Shown one piece after another: positions 1 to 13,300 of a DNA stretch of 64,000 nt. The notes under the pieces were generated by a model. That model made no database searches and was not told the DNA's origin. It worked only from the letters and a program-made list of their open reading frames with translations. The first letter of the stretch is position 1, and each line of letters opens with the position of its first letter. Origin of the DNA: Cycas panzhihuaensis (lineage: Eukaryota > Plantae > Cycadophyta); the NCBI GenBank assembly GCA_023213395.1, contig CM041465.1:180427741-180491740 (forward strand). The letters run 5' to 3'. The translations under genes were made by a program, and so were the position numbers.

Positions 1-33
1 AACCTTCACAAACTCGCTACAAAAATAAAAGTG

Positions 34-45
34 GCTCTAATACCA
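34..45 (-). promoter_or_regulatory. Primer-binding site (tRNA-iMet type, one C>T change)
   Basis: rc reads tggtattagagc versus canonical tggtatcagagc, 2 bp from the LTR end. Confidence 0.85.
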
Positions 46-47
46 CT

Positions 48-694
48 TGTTAAGAAGATAGGTCCCAACCCTTAAACTGCCACCAAGATCTAAACTATTC
101 TTGCAACTAGTTACAAAAATCAAAACTAAAGATTACATGCAAGTTCTTAAAACCAGAGATAAAATAATAAAATGAACAAGAAAGCTAAGCATCACAAATA
201 CACCCGATATAACGTGATAAAACCCTAGCAGTGTTCTAGGGAAACATCCATATAGGAAAGATATTAATTTTTATTATGAAAGAATGAAGAAAATGTACAT
301 AATCCTATAGCAAAGTGCTTACAACAACAAAAACTAGCCGCCCAACTCCTCACAGTACATTGAATACAATAACATAATGAAAAATGCTCTAAATCAGGCT
401 ACATAAGAGGGTTATCCAAGGCATAAATCTCAACTATAGAATCTAGGGTATTTTGAGTGAACGATCCTAACTCTCTTTACATTTGATATACTTTCCAGTG
501 CTTAATGTTTTGGGTCAGGAGCTATCGCCCTCAAACCCCCTCTTTGCGAGGGGGCGTTCCACTCCCCGTGCACCCCCTAGCCAAGGGGGGCTCCTGCCCC
601 CCCTTGGAACCCTCTTTGGAAGGTTTGGGGGAGAAATGCACTGCCAACATGTGAAAATTTTAGCCTCCAACCATTGTTGTCACATTACCTAACA
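48..694 (-). mobile_element. 5' LTR (~647 bp) of a minus-strand LTR retrotransposon whose body lies left of the window
   Basis: TG..CA termini (tgttaag...cctaaca). Adjacent tRNA-iMet-type PBS at 34-45 (gctctaatacca = rc tggtattagagc). Collinear reverse-complement match to the solo LTR at 60905-61534. Confidence 0.85.
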
Positions 695-1524
695 ATAATC
701 GATATAATTAGGTTGGTAATGGTTCAAAGTTTAGAAGAGCCTTGTTATGCTACAACCAAAATATGATGTAGGAAGTTTCAAAGCGAAGCATTCTTTAAAG
801 AATAAGAATCCAAACAATTCTAACCATATAATTCATATAATAAATACATAAAATACTACCATAATTTTCTAAACAAGGAAGAAGAAGCAATTAAAAGTAA
901 ATTACATTAATTATAGAATAAGGTCCTTACATATATTCTAACCATATAATTGGTATAATAAGTGATTAAAAGTAAATTATTAACAACAAAATTAGGTGCT
1001 TGCATATAAGAGATAGAAGTCCCTAAGACCACATGTCCACTTTAGATTAAGAATCAACAAGTGTACTATAAAGTTGCACAATAATACAAGAAGTGACTAC
1101 ATTTTGATTAACTATACTATTAAATATGTGTAATTCTTCTGCCTTTGATAATATATAAAATTATTATGCTATTAAAATATTATTTCTAAAATTATAAAAC
1201 ATATATAAAGCATCATTATATAATGGCAAAAAATAAGCATGTGCTAAAAAGTTCCTTTTTCTATAAACCACTTCAAGCAATGAGCATGTCCCATATAAAA
1301 ATCAAGTGAAAAGTTTATTTAATGTGAATATTATTTAAAATGCAAAGTTTAATGAAATATATTTCCTAAATAAAGCATACCCTCAATTGTAATCATGTTT
1401 TAAGTGTAAGAGAGCAAGTTGAAATATGTTATTAATCTACTTCCCCCTACCCTCCTCCCCTCCACCTAGTTAAAACAAAATAATAATGTTATTATGCCTA
1501 GTAAATATCATCTACATATATACA

Positions 1525-1641
<117 letters not shown>

Positions 1642-2515
1642 ACATATATAAAAGATTCTCCATTTATTATGATTATTTTATAAGTAAATTTATTTAGAAG
1701 GACATGAAAAAGACATATATTAGGAAATTTAATAATGAACCCCATTTATATTTCTATTCTAAGATGTGTGTATTCTATAATAAATTTTTTCTTCAAGGAC
1801 ACATATTCTTATATCATCTAAAGCACATCGATAATGACAAGCATGGGAATTTTATAATTAAGAGGATGTCCATAGTGAAACAATTATATAATGTGTTATC
1901 AGTTTAATATCAACTCTCTCCCCTCCACCTGCACCCCCCCCCCCACCTCTCTCTCTCTCTCATACACATGCACACATATTCCACACATAATAATTCACAT
2001 CTACTTTAAAACTCTTTTGAGTCATCTATTATAATATAAGTAAAAAGAGAAACATGTTATAAACAACCTTAATAATAATAATAAATTATCTCTTACCTTT
2101 CCTTATATATATGTGTCACATATTATTTTAAAGAAGAAGGCAAAATAACACTTAATTTGTTACTTCTAAAGTCTCAATTATCACATAATATTAATTTACT
2201 TTAATTCTAATGTAAGTATAATAGATGGCCCCTCTAATTAAATATCAAAAGAGAATAAATGAAATAGAATGCTAATCCTTCAATATTAGATCATTTTATC
2301 ACAATAAAAAATAAGAATTATATAAGCATGAATTTGTGAGTTGATAAACACCTTAAATAACATGAAATTTTAAATTAAGATTGTTAAAATTAAGTGGTAG
2401 GTTATATATTTTAACACTAAACAAAAATATAAATTGTGAGTGTAAATTTAATTTTCTATTAAGAAAAAAGAGCATACTAAATTGGAGTTCTTTTAGGCTA
2501 ACTATGTAAACTAAG

Positions 2516-3000
2516 TGTTAGGCCTTAGTTTATATTTTGTATCTAGTAAACATTGTAGTTTATATTTTATATCTAGTAGACATTGTAGATCTTGCGTAAT
2601 AAATATAGGTGAACCATAGAACCTACATGCTCATTTTAATGTTAGTATTTAGTTAGTTATATAAATGTTTAGATATTATAGTTAGATATATGTTAGCTTC
2701 TTGGATAGTAAGGGGCTCCTTTGGGCAACATAAGAACTCTAAGGCATGTAACTTAGTCATGGTACTAATAAGAAGAATATGGTATTATCATGCCAAGTTC
2801 ATGTGATATAATGGATTGGGATGTGAGCCATGGCTTATTGTTATTCCCTAGAGGACCTAACATTGATTCCATTGCTAAATAAGACTTGAGGTTTTTGCGT
2901 TAAAGTAAGATGAGTATGAATAGTGGAGAGTAAAGAATTTATGAATGACACCAAAGAAGGCACAGGTAGAAGCATTAATCTAACAACAATGCCATCAACA
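2516..3000. mobile_element. Possible LTR or solo LTR adjacent to the 3' end of gypsy B
   Basis: Bounded by tgttagg...atcaaca (TG..CA). Flanks ctaag/ttggg are at best a decayed TSD and there is no second copy in the window. Confidence 0.3.
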
Positions 3001-3029
3001 TTGGGATCAAATTAAATATGAGGATCAAC

Positions 3030-3990
3030 TTTCTTTCATATCACTTTACCTTCTTAGGAAACTATCCTTTTAACCTAATCTACATGAATTCTTATTGTCC
3101 TTTATATGTGGTTCTTGTCTTTTTGGCCAATATTGAATCTTCTTAAAGTTCTTTAAATTCATTTGGTGTAAAGTATTCTATTGATGGAAGTACTTATTCT
3201 TCTACCTCCTTATCTAACATGGAAGGCTCAAACAATTGCAAGTTCTCCACATTGATTACTGAATACATCCTCATGCATAAAGGTAAATTCAATTTAAAAG
3301 CATTACCATTACCTTGTTCAATGATTTCAAAAGGCCTATACCTTAAAGGTTTTAATTTTTTACCTTGTCCTTGTAACCTCTCCTTGCTAAGATACAACCA
3401 AACTTTATCTCCACCATAGAATTTGTGATCTTGCCTATGCCATTCATGTCTTGTTTTGTATTTATATTGGCTCACTTTTAATTTCTCTTACACCTTAAGG
3501 TGGATTTGTTTAATCCTATCAATAACCTTAATAGCTCCACTCACCTCCTCATGATGTACTTGCTTACTTTCCTCTTGTTGTTCATATACAACATCAAAGG
3601 GTGATGGCAATAAATAACCAAAATAAGTTTCAAAATGAGGCTTTTAGGTGGATGTATGCAACGCCTTATTATATAAATGTTGTATGTATGGAAGATTCTC
3701 ATCCCAAGTCCTTAGATACTTTCTATTATATCCCCTTTAGAGTTATACCAAAGTATAATTGACTGTTTTGGTTTACCCATTCATTTATATATAGAAACCA
3801 ATTGATCTCTTCAACTTACTATCCATCTTCTCCCATAATATGGTCTAAAATATTCTTAAAAACCTTACACTTATATCTAAAATAATGGATTTAGGCAAAA
3901 CCAAATTGAATCTATACATTGGAGAAAAATAAATTAGTTATTTTTAGGGTCTATGATGGTTTTCTTATAAGGCATAAGCATGCACATCTT
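3030..3990 (-). pseudogene. pol: Ty3/gypsy (CRM-like) integrase C-terminal half, element B 3' piece
   Basis: ORF 3194-3475 GDKVWLYLSKERLQGQGKKLKPLRYRPFEIIEQ..NAFKLNLP..INVENLQLFEP. At 3990 the minus strand reads KMCMLMPYKKTI, the direct continuation of VVDRFSK at 42601. Confidence 0.88.
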
Positions 3991-4259
3991 TGTGGCCATT
4001 AAAATAGGTCAACCATAGAAACTAAGGAATACTCAATCAAGTAGAGGGGACCTATCTTCAAGACTACACATAAGGTGCCTTGAAAAGAGGTTCAAAGATG
4101 AATATTTAATTAAATAACCAATGATATCAAGTTATAATGGTCCATACATATATATACATATATGATGACCTTATATGAAAACGTATGACCCATCGACATA
4201 CCCTTTCCTAATTAAATAATTATTTATTAAAGTAAAGATACTTGATTAGGCATATAATA
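3991..4259 (-). repeat. 3' LTR of element A
   Basis: Aligns end to end with 42324-42600 (shared aggtcaaccata.aaactaaggaatactc, aatgatatcaagttataatgg, ccttatatgaaa..gtatgacccatc). Confidence 0.88.
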
Positions 4260-4269
4260 ATACTGCCCT

Positions 4270-5225
4270 CTTTAAAATGCTTTACTTTTAAAGTGTCTTC
4301 AGTGTTGGGTAATATTTATAAAATTCACTGGATTCCTAAAATGTATCCTCAAGTGGTAAAATTTTCCACTTAACCAAGTATTCTGGGATTCATCTTGAAT
4401 AAAATTTTTTTATCTACAAATCTAAAATTACTTCTAGAACTAAGATTAATTCCTTTCATCATTGACTTTTACTATCACCATTTACTATAGTATTTTCTCT
4501 CATATTTTTCTCTTTAAGGTAGGACACATAGAAGATATTGTGAATCCTTCCTTTATCAGGCAAGAGTAATGCATAAACAACCTCTCCAAGTTTTTGTTAA
4601 ATTTGATAAGGTTCATAGAATTTTGGAGTAAGTTTTCTCTTACTAAAATTCTTAAGGGATATTTATTTATAGGCCTAGAGTTTAATATAAATCTAAACTC
4701 TTGCTTGAAAATTTCTATAAGGTCTGTGCCAATATTCTTATATTTTCATTTAAATGTGGGATGATTCCAATCATTCCTTGAGAATTTATATGATTCTATG
4801 TGGTTGTTATAAGAAGTCTTGTGCTGCTAGAACCTTATCATAAAGTGAACTATATTCTTATAAAATTGGGGGGTTGTATCCATATAATACCATAAAGAGG
4901 CCATCTTAATGGAAGTATGGAATGTTATGTTATATGACCATTTAGTTAAGTAAATACATTGATGCCATCATTTGGTTTTTTCAGAGACAAAATTTCATAA
5001 ATATCCTTTTAAATAGTTATTAACTATTTCTATTTACCTATTTATTTATGAGTGATATGTTGTACTTATTATTAAGCTTATGACAACTTGCTTAAATAAC
5101 TCCTAGAAATTACATGTAAAATTTGGATCACGATCATTAATGACGACTTTTAGAAATTTATAAAGTCAAACAATAGATTTCATAAAAACATTTGTAATTT
5201 ATCTTGCATTGAAGGTTAATTGGAT
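4270..5225 (-). pseudogene. pol: Element A integrase core/C-terminus and chromodomain remnant
   Basis: Minus-strand translation gives INDRDPNFTCNF*ELF, STTYHS*INR*IEIVNNYLKGYL and EYLVKWKILPLED (chromodomain-like). Confidence 0.82.
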
Positions 5226-7336
5226 TATTATATTTCTCATAATCTGGGAGTTTCACAATCATCGTGCCAATAAGTAAGTGAGGTTAAATTCTTCTCACTT
5301 TCTAACTTAGCTTAGTTTACCTTTGATTAGTTCTTTTACAAACATATATTATTATTCACCTAGTTATATCCTAGACGAATGTGCCTACTTTTAGTTGATG
5401 ATTTTGACCATGGTTAGTGGCTTTATAGTTATTCATTTAAGCTCAATGAGTTAAAGAAAGGCCTCTCATTACCTTTATAAAACATGTCTCACCCTTCTCT
5501 TCCTCTTGCTTATAGAATTAATCTATCTAAATTATTTGTTTGGATCTTTTATTCTCCAAAAGTTGTATTTTTTCATGTTATTTTCATCCATACTGCCATG
5601 ATTATTATCATCTCACTTTGATCCATATTTTTGCATTTGTAAAAATGCGATTTTTACGATATCATGAAGTTCACTACAATACCACTTTAGACTTCTTGTT
5701 ATTGATTCTTTCACTTCTAATTTTTTTGGCCTACAATTAGTCATGTATTTATGGTAGTTACTCATGTGCCCATCCACTTATTTCATCAAAAGTATGGGCT
5801 ACCTATAGGTTTTGGATTAATACCATGGGCCAATTAATACCTTTGGTATTAGTTCCTCCTAAAACCATGGGTAATTAGCCTATGATATCCCCTTAATCTA
5901 TGGGTCCAAAATCATGGGTCCTAACCCTTCTATTTCTCTATATATACTTCTTCTTTTCATTGGAAAAGGAAGTTAATTCTTGAGTTATTTTATAGCCATT
6001 ATGTTGCCAAAATTTGGCTAGAATTCCCTTTTGCATACAAACTTGATTTTTGGCTTTCTCACTTGGCTTAGAGATTGAAGGATAGTTGATGTTAGAATGC
6101 TCTTGACTGAAGAAGATTGTCATTAGTTGAGAATTGGGGTAGTCCCCCCACACTACTAGAATTTTCACCTTTTTGTTAAGTGATTTTCCTTTTCTTTTTA
6201 ACATCTAATTGCTAGTATTTTATGTTTATTATTTATCTCAATTTCAATTGTTTTTCCCTTCATGATTCACTCTTCTATGTGTTAGTGTCTTGTAGAGATA
6301 AATAGAGTTTAGTATTCCTTGTTGAGCTTAGAAAGGGTGGCAATGTTGCCACTTCTGAGGCTTTCTTCACACATCCTTACCATTTATTTAAACTTGCATT
6401 TCAATCTTTTTTTAATAGCTCTTTATCAAAATTTTTCTATATATTTACATGTAAGATGACTTAAAATAGGTGGAGGAACACTTCACATATTTGTTATAGG
6501 ATGAAGAAGTGCTTGAAGTAGTTAGAGGAGTCCTCTTCTTCCTTTATCTTCTTCCACTAATTGATAGGGTGCTTTTTGTGTAGCCATTACACTGTCAAAA
6601 TCCTGCTAAAAAGCCTAAAAATAATTAGTATTCCAAGTTGATTTTAAAGTGATGTTTAACACATTTAATTTCTTAGTCAAACTTTTTTTTTTTGTCATAG
6701 GTCAATTTGACAAGTAAAAATACTACCATATTTTTCCTAGAAACCAATCATATTTACATACATTTGTAACCTTGTTTTGAGCATATTAGTAAATTGGAGA
6801 GCTAAAAATTACTTTAAAAAAGGGTTTGAATTGAATATTTGGTGAATTATTTTAGGTATTCTTCTAGCCCTCCCTTCATAGAATCAATTTCAAAGAAAAA
6901 GGCTTAAAAGTATATTTTTATTTCATAGATTTATTTCAAAACAAAAAGGTATGAAAGAGCAACTTCTTTATCACTTGTTCATCATTGCCTGTCTCTTTTC
7001 TATCTTGCATGTAGGTATAATTTTTAGTTTCAAAACAAAAAGGAATCACTTTTATTTATATTATATTACATTACATGTGCCTTTGGTTTAGTCCTTTTGG
7101 TGAATGCCTGTAAAGACCATAATGGGAAGAAGATCACACTTGTTATGAGTCATCGGATCCATGGGGACCACAAACTTATTTATTAGGTTAGTTTTACTTT
7201 TCAACATTTAAATTTAAATCACATATTAGTTGCATTTAGTACCTATTAATTTCTTTTTATAGTCTCTTTTAGGTTTTAGTATCCTTTCTCATACTAAAGA
7301 GGTGGGGCTATAGTTTCTCTACGTGGATTTTGTCAT

Positions 7337-10300
7337 TGAAAGAGGTTAATGTATCAAGCTCATTTATGTAGATTAATTATGTGACCTTAGGATATATTAT
7401 TAGCATTAGTCTCTTAATGAAATGCACTTTATATGTATTTAGATGTAATTTCAGGTTCATGTCATTAGGTAGGAAAATCTTAACCTGAATACTCACACTC
7501 AATAATAAAAGGCGAAATCTGAAGGAGGGAGTCATTATTCATTCTCATCTCCAAGCTTGCTCTCATATCTTGTTTCATTTCTTTTTCATTCTCTATTGCC
7601 ATTGTATATATGCGAGTGATTTATTCCCTAGATCTACCTTTCCTTCATGTGGTATTAGAGCTAGAAGGGGATCTATTCACTCCATTCCACTTGCATGGAG
7701 TCATTTTACCTCTCCTTCACCTTTAATGTGAAGTATTGAGAGTGCACTCATCATTTTTAATATTTTGAGAGCTTAAAATTATATTACTTTATATGTTGCT
7801 ACTTTATCTATGTGTGAAAAATTTCAAAGGTGAAGAATATAGGTTTTTAAAGCCGTTCAGTTGCTAGGACAGTCCTAAAAGCATTAAAGGCCTAAAATTT
7901 CATGCAAAATTTGACCATCTTAGATTTTGATGAAATTTGGCATGCAAGGTTACCTTGACTAGAATATCATTTCTATCTTCTAGAGCAACTTTATATTCAA
8001 CTTACAACAGTGAGTTTTGGCTAAAATAAAATGATAAAATTTGTAAATAAGTAACTTAAGGCACTTTTCCCTATGAAATCCAATAATTATAAGCTAAAAA
8101 TCTAAAGTTTTTTTAAGGTATCTAGTAGATTTATGTCTTAGGATTAATTTAAGAGAAAACTTAACAAATTTCATCCACCGGTTAGTGAGATCTATGTAGT
8201 TTTCTCACGGTTGCTAAATTTGCCTATTCAACCCCATAAAAGATATTGCAAGGGCATTTCAGGTAATTTTTTGGCTGATTTTGGAGATGGTACAGAAGGA
8301 AAAGTTGATGTATGTGTTAAGATGCAGCTTTTAACATATTGAAGTTCATATTCTAAGATAGTGGATTTGGTAGGACTATACTTTTATGTTTTTTTTTGGT
8401 AGAAAATTTTTTATGCCTTTTTAGAAATCTGACTTTACTACTCTATCAGAAATGGCATTATGAACACTTTTTCCTTATGATATAAATTCATATTTCATTA
8501 TTTATACTTTCATATTTATAATTTTTAGAAGAAATTACCTATTTATTATTATTTATAAATTTTATAAAAAAACCACAAAATAGGGCAAAAGAACATGCAT
8601 ATAGATTTACAAAAATCAGTATTTTAAAGGCAAGTTGATCTAATTTTTAGCCCATTATGGCTTTCGTATTTAAAATTTCAAAAATATATTTAGAAATATT
8701 ATACTAAAGTAAGGAAAACCTTAGATTAGAAGCAATATCTGGTTTCCCTGCTAAATCTACCATGCTTTTTCTATTTGCACACATAGTATAAAGCATCACA
8801 AAAATATTAACAATAACAAAGAAAACATGAAAAGCAAGTAAGAACATTTGGTAACTTTCTATTTCAGTTTTCATATATTTGGAAATAACGTACATTATTT
8901 CTAAAAGTAATCTCATCTGTATGCTTTATACTGTCAGTTCTTGACTTGTGTGCATACTCATCTTGGTTGAAATAGACCACAATTGGATGAAGTCTAGGCT
9001 CTAAGGGAGGTGTGAGTTTCATACTGGGTCTAGTCTTAACTTGAATAATGGTGGAGGTATAGGTTAGCTATATCTACAGCCTCTAATTAGGGATAATCTT
9101 GATAACTACCCGGGAAAACTAAAAACCTTAATACAAGATTAAAATTAACCCAGTCTAATATCCATCATAGCTATGGGATACATACATATCATTTGACTCT
9201 TCGTAGGAGGTATATAGTTAGCGCTGGTGAACTGGGTGAGGACTGGGTGTACCTGGGCTCTATTGTGACTTGGATTTCATCACCTAATACATGTGTGAGT
9301 ATCGCAGGTGAAGGCCCTAATCGTATACTAGAAGCCTTAGGCATCAAAACCTCACCTATATTTGGACATAAGTGAGAGGTTAGTGGCATGACATATCACC
9401 ACTATTTACTAGCTCTACATTAGGCCTCATTCTTTCATTGTTATTTATATTTATTTTTCTTCATAGTTATTGAAAAATACTTAATTATTGCTTGCTTCTC
9501 ATCATAGTATTCATTTCTATATCCTTGCTACGCTAGGTGTCCTAACCACACGTATCAGTGGCATATACTTCTATCATCTCTTCTACTTCTTCATCATCAC
9601 CATGTTATCTTAATTCAAGTAGAATGTCAATTGCATATTGAAAGGTAAAGAAAATTAGGATTTATGGTGCACTAGAGTAAAAAATGCTACAAAGTATGTA
9701 GGCCTTTAGAGAGCCCACTTGTAGCCTACACCCATCATACCAATAACAACTACAACACCTACTTCTGGTGGATTTGCCCCAATAGCTTCTACAAATGTTG
9801 CAGCCAAACTACAATGGGAGATAGATGATGAAAAGATTCATGTAGGAATTCTATTGGTTATTAATCACTCCTTACATAACTTGATTAATGAAGAGCAACA
9901 TGATACAACCTAAAAGGTCCTTGAAGTTATCAAAAAGAACTTTGATACCAAGTCAGATTTAGAATTTATTCATCTTGTTCTGAAAATGAACAAATTAAAA
10001 ATGTAGAAGGGATGAGCTCATGAGACAATAAATCTCATTCAACCAATCAAATAGGTAATTGACAAAGACTTTAAGACCTAATGCACCACTTAGGAAATTT
10101 TGATCCAATCATGTCTACATGTCCCTAATTATAAAAGCTTGCTTGGAAGTCTTCAATCTAGTGGAACATTGAAGACACTCAACTTCAAAGCACTTGCTAA
10201 GAAGTTCATAGAATTTGACAAGACTTTTGATACCAACTTTGTAGCTTCTGACACTCTTCCAGATATAGCCTTTGAGGTTGAAGAAGAAGTTTTCTATACA

Positions 10301-13300
10301 AAAAATCAAGGTCTCTCTCGTGGTAGAAGAAATAACCACACAAGAGAAAGAGGAAGAAATATGGGAAATCATCCACAAGGTCAATCAAACCCTCAGTCAC
10401 AACCTCGACAATCTCAAGGCCAAAGGCCACCTCAATAAAGAGCAAGATAATCAGGCCAAACCAATACCTCTTCAGGGATTGGTAATCAAACTATTATGCG
10501 TGATCAGTGTAACCATAAAGGACACTTAACAAAAGACTACAGAACTACCACTTATAAGTTGGCCAAGTTCCAACTAAAACATGCAGCCCACAATTTTGAA
10601 GAAACTTGTGAAGAATCCTTTAGTGGTGTAGGTTTTATATAAGCACACTTTCAAAGAATTAAATGATCTTCAATATCAAATACCATTAACTAACTAAAGA
10701 GATACTTTGGAGCTTGATGTGGATATATCACTTGTGAATTCCCTTCACCAATGCTAAGCCCTATTGGAATTACAAATATTGTGGCTTCAATCGAAGGACA
10801 GTGGATCATGGACATAGGAGCAACTCAACATATGACATGTAATCGCAATGTATATCAAATATTTGACTCAAATATTCAAGGAGTTGTTCACATGGCTAAT
10901 AAATCACAACAACCTATTAAAGGAATTGGTAACATTCGCCTGACACTCCCAGGCTTAAAAGATTTTACATTGCTTGATGTCTTATACATATCCAATCTTA
11001 AACAAAACCTACTCTCCTTATCCACACTTGTCTCTTATGGATTTAATCTGAGTGTAACCACAAATAACCAGACTCTCTAAGTCATTCACCCTCTAACTAA
11101 TCAAGTGGTTTTGACTAGACATCTCTCTAGTAAACTCTTTCAACTAAATGACTCTCCATCTTTTGAAGCCCATTATGGCTGAAGACCTTGTGCCGATCAA
11201 GAATTTACATTTAATTCCATCTTGACCCACCCAACATTATCACCAGAAGCTCTTTGGCACACTTACATGGGCCATATTCACATTGAAAGACTTAGAGATC
11301 TTTGTATCACTCTTCCAAATCTTCCAAAGTTCTCCTCTAAGCCCTTTAAATGTGAAGCTTGTATTATTACCAAATCTCATTGATAACCCTTTCCTAAAAG
11401 TCAATGGAAATTAGGCCATCCATTATAATTGGTACACTCTTATTTATGTAGACCAATGCCCATTCCTTCAATGAAGGGAAAGCTATATTATATCTCTTTT
11501 ATTGATGATTTCATTAGAAAAGTATGGGTAGATTTTCTACACAAGAAAGATGAAGCCTTCTATATATTTAAAGAATTTAAAGCCCTTACTGAAAAAGAGT
11601 TAGGTTATTAACTTAAATATCTTCGAACTAATAATGGTGGTAAATATACCTCACATGAGTTTGGAAGATACCTTCAAGATAATGGCATCAAACAATAGTA
11701 GCAAGTACCCCACAACAAAATGGAGTTGCTGAGTGCATGAACAGGACAATCATGAACATGGCTCATGCTATGGTAGTATATAAAAATATACCTACCTACC
11801 TATGGGTCAAAGTTATCTAGATAGTTATTTATTGTATTAATGATGTTAGCCCATCAAAGGAAGTACAATCACCTAATAAAAAGTGGTCAGGATAGGCCTC
11901 CATTATTCACTACTTCAAAATTTTTGGCTCTACATATTATGCACATATTCTGGATGCAGATCGAAATAAACTCCATCTAAGAGCACTTAAAGGCATCTTT
12001 GTTGGATACCCTATGGATAAGAAAGGGTATAAGGTCTTTATACCTTTACAACGAAAAATCATCATTACCAGAGATGTTATTTTTATGGAGATGGAGGATT
12101 AGTTACTTAAATTGGACTCGAAAATACCCTCACGCTATTACAATAATATTATCAAGTATGATGTTCAGAGTCTAAAATTTGAGGGGGGGGGGGGGACAGA
12201 CATAAATTACTCCAAATATTAGAAGCTGACAATAGAGCCTCAGAGAATACAAGTTGTGACTTTGAATTAATAAGTGCACATCCAACACCATCCTTTGAAG
12301 ATAACATAGTTAACAAAGGCAAAATGATTATAGAAGAACTATCTTCTCCACCTTCAATTGATAAAGATAAAACAATGGTATAAGGACCATCTTCCTTAGG
12401 TATATTCTAATGATCTTTCCAACTCGAGGATCTCAAGAAGCCCGCTAACTCAATAAAGATATACGATCAAATGAGGTGGGAAAAACTAGCACTTGAAGTG
12501 CCCATAGAGCAAGGATGTAGGAATCATTATATATTGAGCTTGAATTGGCAGAACTACACCTTACTGTCAATGAAGAGCCTTTAACATATCAAGAAGCTGT
12601 AAAGCATGTAATTTGGAGAAATGCCATAAACAGAGAGTACCAATCTCTTATCAAGAATAGTATATGGGAGCTCGTTGATTTACCACTTGGAAAAAAGATA
12701 GTTCAAAATAAATGGGTGTTCAAAAATAAATATAGATTAGATAACACCCTTGAAAAACATAAGGTAAGGTTGGTTTCTAAAAAATTTACACATAGGGAAG
12801 GCATTGATTACACTAAAGTCTTTACACCTACAACCAAGTGGCCTAAAATTAGAACTCTTATGGACTTAGTTGCTCAATAAGGTTGAAAAATCTACCAACT
12901 CGATATTAAGACTGTGTTTCTCAATGGAGATCTTAAAGAAGAAATTTACATGGCTAAGTTAGAAGGATATGAGATTAAAGGTCAAGAGCATAAGGATTAT
13001 AGGCTCAGAAAGTCTTTATACAGCTTTAAACAAGCCTCTCATGCTTGATTTGATAAGTTGTCTGAAAGAATGAGGCAACTTAGATATGAGGTTTGTGACT
13101 ACCAAGATATTGATGTAACATTGTTCATCAAACGCCATAAGTATAAAGTCACTTATCTCATAATCTTTATAGATGACATGTTAGTAACAGGTGATAGTGA
13201 ATAGATAATAAGCTAACTAAAAAAGGACCTTGGCAAAATGTTTGAATTGTTTGACCTCAGTTTAATGAAATATTACTTGGGAATTGAAGTAACACAAAAG

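Noticed and set aside
819-1010. Partial direct repeat (tctaaccatataatt, attaaaagtaaatta)
   Set aside because: Two short degenerate copies in very AT-rich DNA. No array or spacer structure, so not CRISPR-like.
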